The translations under genes and the position numbers were made by a program. Of a DNA stretch of 20,000 bases, positions 16,912 to 20,000 are shown piece after piece. Source of the DNA: an uncultured virus (IMG/VR IMGVR_UViG_3300042879_005846) (taxonomy: Duplodnaviria > Heunggongvirae > Uroviricota > Caudoviricetes); IMG/VR virus record IMGVR_UViG_3300042879_005846, one strand, 5' to 3'. How positions within the stretch are numbered: the first letter of the stretch is position 1; each line of letters opens with the position of its first letter. The notes beneath the pieces are model-generated. The model made no database searches. It worked only from the letters and a program-made list of their open reading frames with translations, and had not been told where the DNA came from.

Positions 16912-17634
16912 TTATACGTAAATAAAATTTATTTTTTTTGTTTGCATCTTTCTCTTAAAATATGAATAACCCATTTCAATTGAATTTGCAGCTTCTTTTA
17001 AACTAGTATAAAAAATACCTGTCAGTACATTTAATACTAATTTAGCATTAGAATTTTCACCTAACTTTCTTTTGCCCTTTTTTGAGGCACTCATTTTTTC
17101 CTTTGATTCAGTTGAAAAAGATTTCCCCTTGTTCCATGAACTTCTACCTTTTGAATTCAAGGACATCTTAATCTTACTTTCTTCACTATGTGTTTTCCCT
17201 AACCTAGCTAGTCTGATATTCTCTCTATGATTTTCTGATTTTTTGACACCAATAGTAGAAAGACTCTGTTTTATTCTGGACTCTTCACTTCTTTTCTTAC
17301 CCCTATTACCAGTGCCCAATAAAAATTTAGTTTCATCAGTTATTACTTTATTGAAAGTCCCCTCACCACCATCAGTCATATTAGACAAAATACCAGTATT
17401 ATTATTAATTCTACCATAGTATTTTATCAAATCTTTCTCTATTTGACAAGCAATTTCCCAATCAATATCTTGGTGTAATATTTCCACTACTATTTCTGTC
17501 TTTTCGCTTATCCTATTCCAAATTTCATTTCTTTCTGATAATTTATTAGCTCTATAAAAATCCATGTCACTACCAATACCAATATAAAATGGTTGATTTT
17601 TATCTTTCCTTATATGTTGATAAACATAAGCCAT
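16912..17634 (-). mobile_element. free-standing GIY-YIG homing endonuclease with NUMOD3 repeats
   Basis: YVY...FYIG...R, E..LI..YG, N.TDGGEG; four G(K/V)xxSxExxxxxS/R repeats; C-terminal YTSLKEAA (NUMOD1-like). Confidence 0.85.
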
Positions 17635-17638
17635 TTAT

Positions 17639-19078
17639 TTATCTTATTTTTATTTTTAACTTTGTACCAACAGGTTCTAACTTTTCAGAAGTTATTGAGA
17701 ATCCATGCTCCTTCAAGATCGCTAAACTTATGTTCAAACCTATCCCATCACCAGTCTCTTTTTGACCTTCTCTTCTGACATAAGGTTTGGATAAGTGTAG
17801 AAACTCTTCTTGAGTCATACCCCTTCCATTGTCTTCTATACATATATATTCATCTTCTGAATAAATTTTTATCATTTTATTTTCAGAATCATTATATTTT
17901 AAACCATTCTTTATTAGGTGATCTATAGCTATATCAAATAAATAACCATTCATCTCTAAATTTGGTAAATTTTCTGATAATTCTACTTGGTTTTTGTATG
18001 CAGTAGTATCTAAAAATTTATCTAAAGAATCTTTAATATTTAAATTTTCTTTTTCTAAAACAGTTTCTCTTTTAACTAAATTAGAAAAGTTATAAATTTC
18101 TTTATAAACCTTTTGTGTATGACTCAAACCCTCTTTTAACATTTTTAAAGGTGCTTCAATCTTCAAGTTTTTAATATCTTCTTCTGTTAATCTTTTTTCT
18201 AAAGAACTTAAACCTCTTGGCATATAAGTGTTTATGCCAGAGTGCATATCATGTCTTATTAATCTAGCTGAGTATTCTAAGAAACCATTCTTAGATTGTA
18301 TATCATCAAATTGTTTTATTATTTCACTATTTAACTTATCAATTTTCCTCCTTTGTATTAAGTTTCTAGTAATCAATCCTATTATAGTAGATAATATAGT
18401 AATTAATAAAGCAACTAATATTAACCAGTTTTTATAAAGGTCAACTTCAATTTTCAAATCTTCCCTCTCAATAACAGTTTCTTGTAATTGTTTTTCCTTT
18501 TTCAATAAGTGAACTGCTCTTTCTTTAGCTTCTTTCATTGGTTTACTTTCAACAGAATCATTTTTTGATTCAGACAATAACTGATGTAATTGTTCATCAA
18601 CCATTTTCAGAGTTTCCTCAGCTCCTTCCTTCGATAAACCATGATAATTAATCTTGGAAAGGTTCCTAAGAATATTAGATGTTCTTGTACCAAGTGCTTT
18701 TTCCATTAAGGAATCACTTATTGGATCTGCAACTTTTTTCTTATTTTTATTTGATTCAAATCTAACTAAATCATCCTTTGCTAAACCCCTATAATAATAA
18801 GCATCTACATAATTTGGATTTATTTTTATTGCTTTACTGAAGTCTGATATAGCTCCTTTATAATCTTTCAATTTATGTTTAGCACAACCCCTATAAAAAT
18901 AAGCATCAGCGTAATCAGGATTAATTTTTATAGCTTTTGAGTAATCACTTATGGCAGCCTTATATTCATCTTTATTAGTTTCCTCAATACCATTATCAAA
19001 GTAAGTAGTATCATTCTGCGCATTTATATTTATAATAAAGAATGATAAAAATATTATAATCAGATTTATCTTAATCAT
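17639..19078 (-). CDS. membrane sensor histidine kinase with extracytoplasmic TPR repeats
   Basis: Signal peptide, about 2.5 TPRs (AISDYSKAIKINPDYADAYFYRG), TM helix, H-box RHDMHS, N-box HLIKNGLKY, G1 DNGRG, G2 GDGIGL. Confidence 0.9.
   Translation of the reverse strand: MIKINLIIIFLSFFIININAQNDTTYFDNGIEETNKDEYKAAISDYSKAIKINPDYADAYFYRGCAKHKLKDYKGAISDFSKAIKINPNYVDAYYYRGLAKDDLVRFESNKNKKKVADPISDSLMEKALGTRTSNILRNLSKINYHGLSKEGAEETLKMVDEQLHQLLSESKNDSVESKPMKEAKERAVHLLKKEKQLQETVIEREDLKIEVDLYKNWLILVALLITILSTIIGLITRNLIQRRKIDKLNSEIIKQFDDIQSKNGFLEYSARLIRHDMHSGINTYMPRGLSSLEKRLTEEDIKNLKIEAPLKMLKEGLSHTQKVYKEIYNFSNLVKRETVLEKENLNIKDSLDKFLDTTAYKNQVELSENLPNLEMNGYLFDIAIDHLIKNGLKYNDSENKMIKIYSEDEYICIEDNGRGMTQEEFLHLSKPYVRREGQKETGDGIGLNISLAILKEHGFSITSEKLEPVGTKLKIKIR
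18791..18967. repeat. 102-bp-period degenerate repeat encoding tandem TPRs
   Basis: 18791-18866 aligns with 18893-18967 (34-codon offset). Confidence 0.75.
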
Positions 19079-20000
19079 ATTTAATTTTTAATTTTGTACC
19101 TCCCTCCTCAAGTTTTTCAGCAGTTATTTCAAATCCATGTTCATCTAAAATAGCCTTACAAATGTTTAGTCCCAAACCAGTTCCTGTTTCTTTCTGACCT
19201 TCTTTTCTAACATAAGGTTTGGATAAATGTTCAAAATCTTTTTGATCTATACCCCTACCATTATCCTCAACCATAATATAATTATTACCGTCAATAACTT
19301 CTGAATAAATCTTTACAAATTTAGAATCACTATCATTATATTTTAATCCATTTCTTATTAAATTATCTACTGAAGTACAGAATAGTGCTTCATTAACTTC
19401 AATTGTTGGTAAGTTATCATCTAAAAGAACTTGTGACTTATAAGAAGTGCTTGATAAATAATCATTTAATATTCCTTTTATATTACATTCAGCCTTACTT
19501 AATAATACATCTTTCTTTACCAAGTTAGTGAACTCATAAACACCCTTATAAACTTTCTGCGCATGTTTAAGACCTTCTCTAATCATTCTCAAAGGTGCTT
19601 CTATTTTTAAATTATGTACTTCTTCATCACTTAACCTTCTATCTAATGAAGACATACCTCTTGGAATATAAGTGTTAATACCAGAGTGCATATCATGTCT
19701 CAAGATTTTAGCTGCGTGTTCAAGGTAGGTATTTTTCTTTTCTATTTCTTTAGATTGCAATACTTTTTCTGTTACATCTTGACAAATCTTCATTATTTTA
19801 TATGGTTTACCATCAAATCCAATAATAGGGTTATAAGAAGATTGTAACCAAACAATACTACCATCTGATTTTACCCTAGTACACTCACCAGTTACAAAAT
19901 TACCTTCCCTTAATTTTTCCCAGAACTCAATATACTCTTGAGATTTTTTATATTCTGTTTCCACGAACATAGAGTGGTGCTTACCTACTATATCTTCTTG
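19071..20000 (-). CDS. PAS/PAC-domain sensor histidine kinase (5'-truncated by the window edge)
   Basis: Frame stays open upstream of 19970 (QEDIVGKHHSMF, a PAS motif); FWEKL..G, DGSIVWLQSSYNPI, QDVT; RHDMHS, NLIRNGLKY, DNGRG, GTGLGL. Confidence 0.93.
   Translation of the reverse strand, partial: QEDIVGKHHSMFVETEYKKSQEYIEFWEKLREGNFVTGECTRVKSDGSIVWLQSSYNPIIGFDGKPYKIMKICQDVTEKVLQSKEIEKKNTYLEHAAKILRHDMHSGINTYIPRGMSSLDRRLSDEEVHNLKIEAPLRMIREGLKHAQKVYKGVYEFTNLVKKDVLLSKAECNIKGILNDYLSSTSYKSQVLLDDNLPTIEVNEALFCTSVDNLIRNGLKYNDSDSKFVKIYSEVIDGNNYIMVEDNGRGIDQKDFEHLSKPYVRKEGQKETGTGLGLNICKAILDEHGFEITAEKLEEGGTKLKIKYD

Noticed and set aside
16912..17634. Group I intron around the GIY-YIG ORF
   Set aside because: Only 3-4 nt of flank, and both neighbouring genes are complete
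15517..18437. Short ORFs 15517-15756, 16289-16486, 17593-17778, 18228-18437
   Set aside because: Antisense shadows of supported genes
1..20000. Stop-codon reassignment as seen in some large phages
   Set aside because: Genes are intact and tightly packed under the standard code, with TAA, TAG and TGA all used as stops

Overview
AT-rich, gene-dense window with frequent strand switches, many short hypothetical or membrane ORFs, no housekeeping operon and almost no Shine-Dalgarno sites. It is most consistent with a large (jumbo) phage infecting Bacteroidota; this is an inference, since no capsid or terminase gene lies in the window. Three exact Bacteroidota sigma-A promoters (TTTG-N19/20-TAnnTTTG) and a recurrent AATATATA motif just before start codons support this reading. 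Recognisable genes are a nucleotidyltransferase, a PgaC/IcaA-like processive GT2 next to an outer-membrane beta-barrel, a flavodoxin/FMN-reductase, a GT25, a SAM methyltransferase, thyA, a collagen-like fibre protein, DUF2452- and DUF1653-like proteins and a second GT2. The most notable elements are: (i) a two-component-like operon (PAS histidine kinase, TPR membrane histidine kinase, single-domain receiver, coiled-coil membrane protein) interrupted by a free-standing GIY-YIG/NUMOD3 endonuclease; (ii) a ~280-nt multi-stem intergenic element at 13772-14049 with long-range pairings, a candidate ncRNA; (iii) a 64-bp direct duplication of the thyA upstream region and first codons that flanks the methyltransferase gene. 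All family calls come from motif recognition by eye, not database searches.
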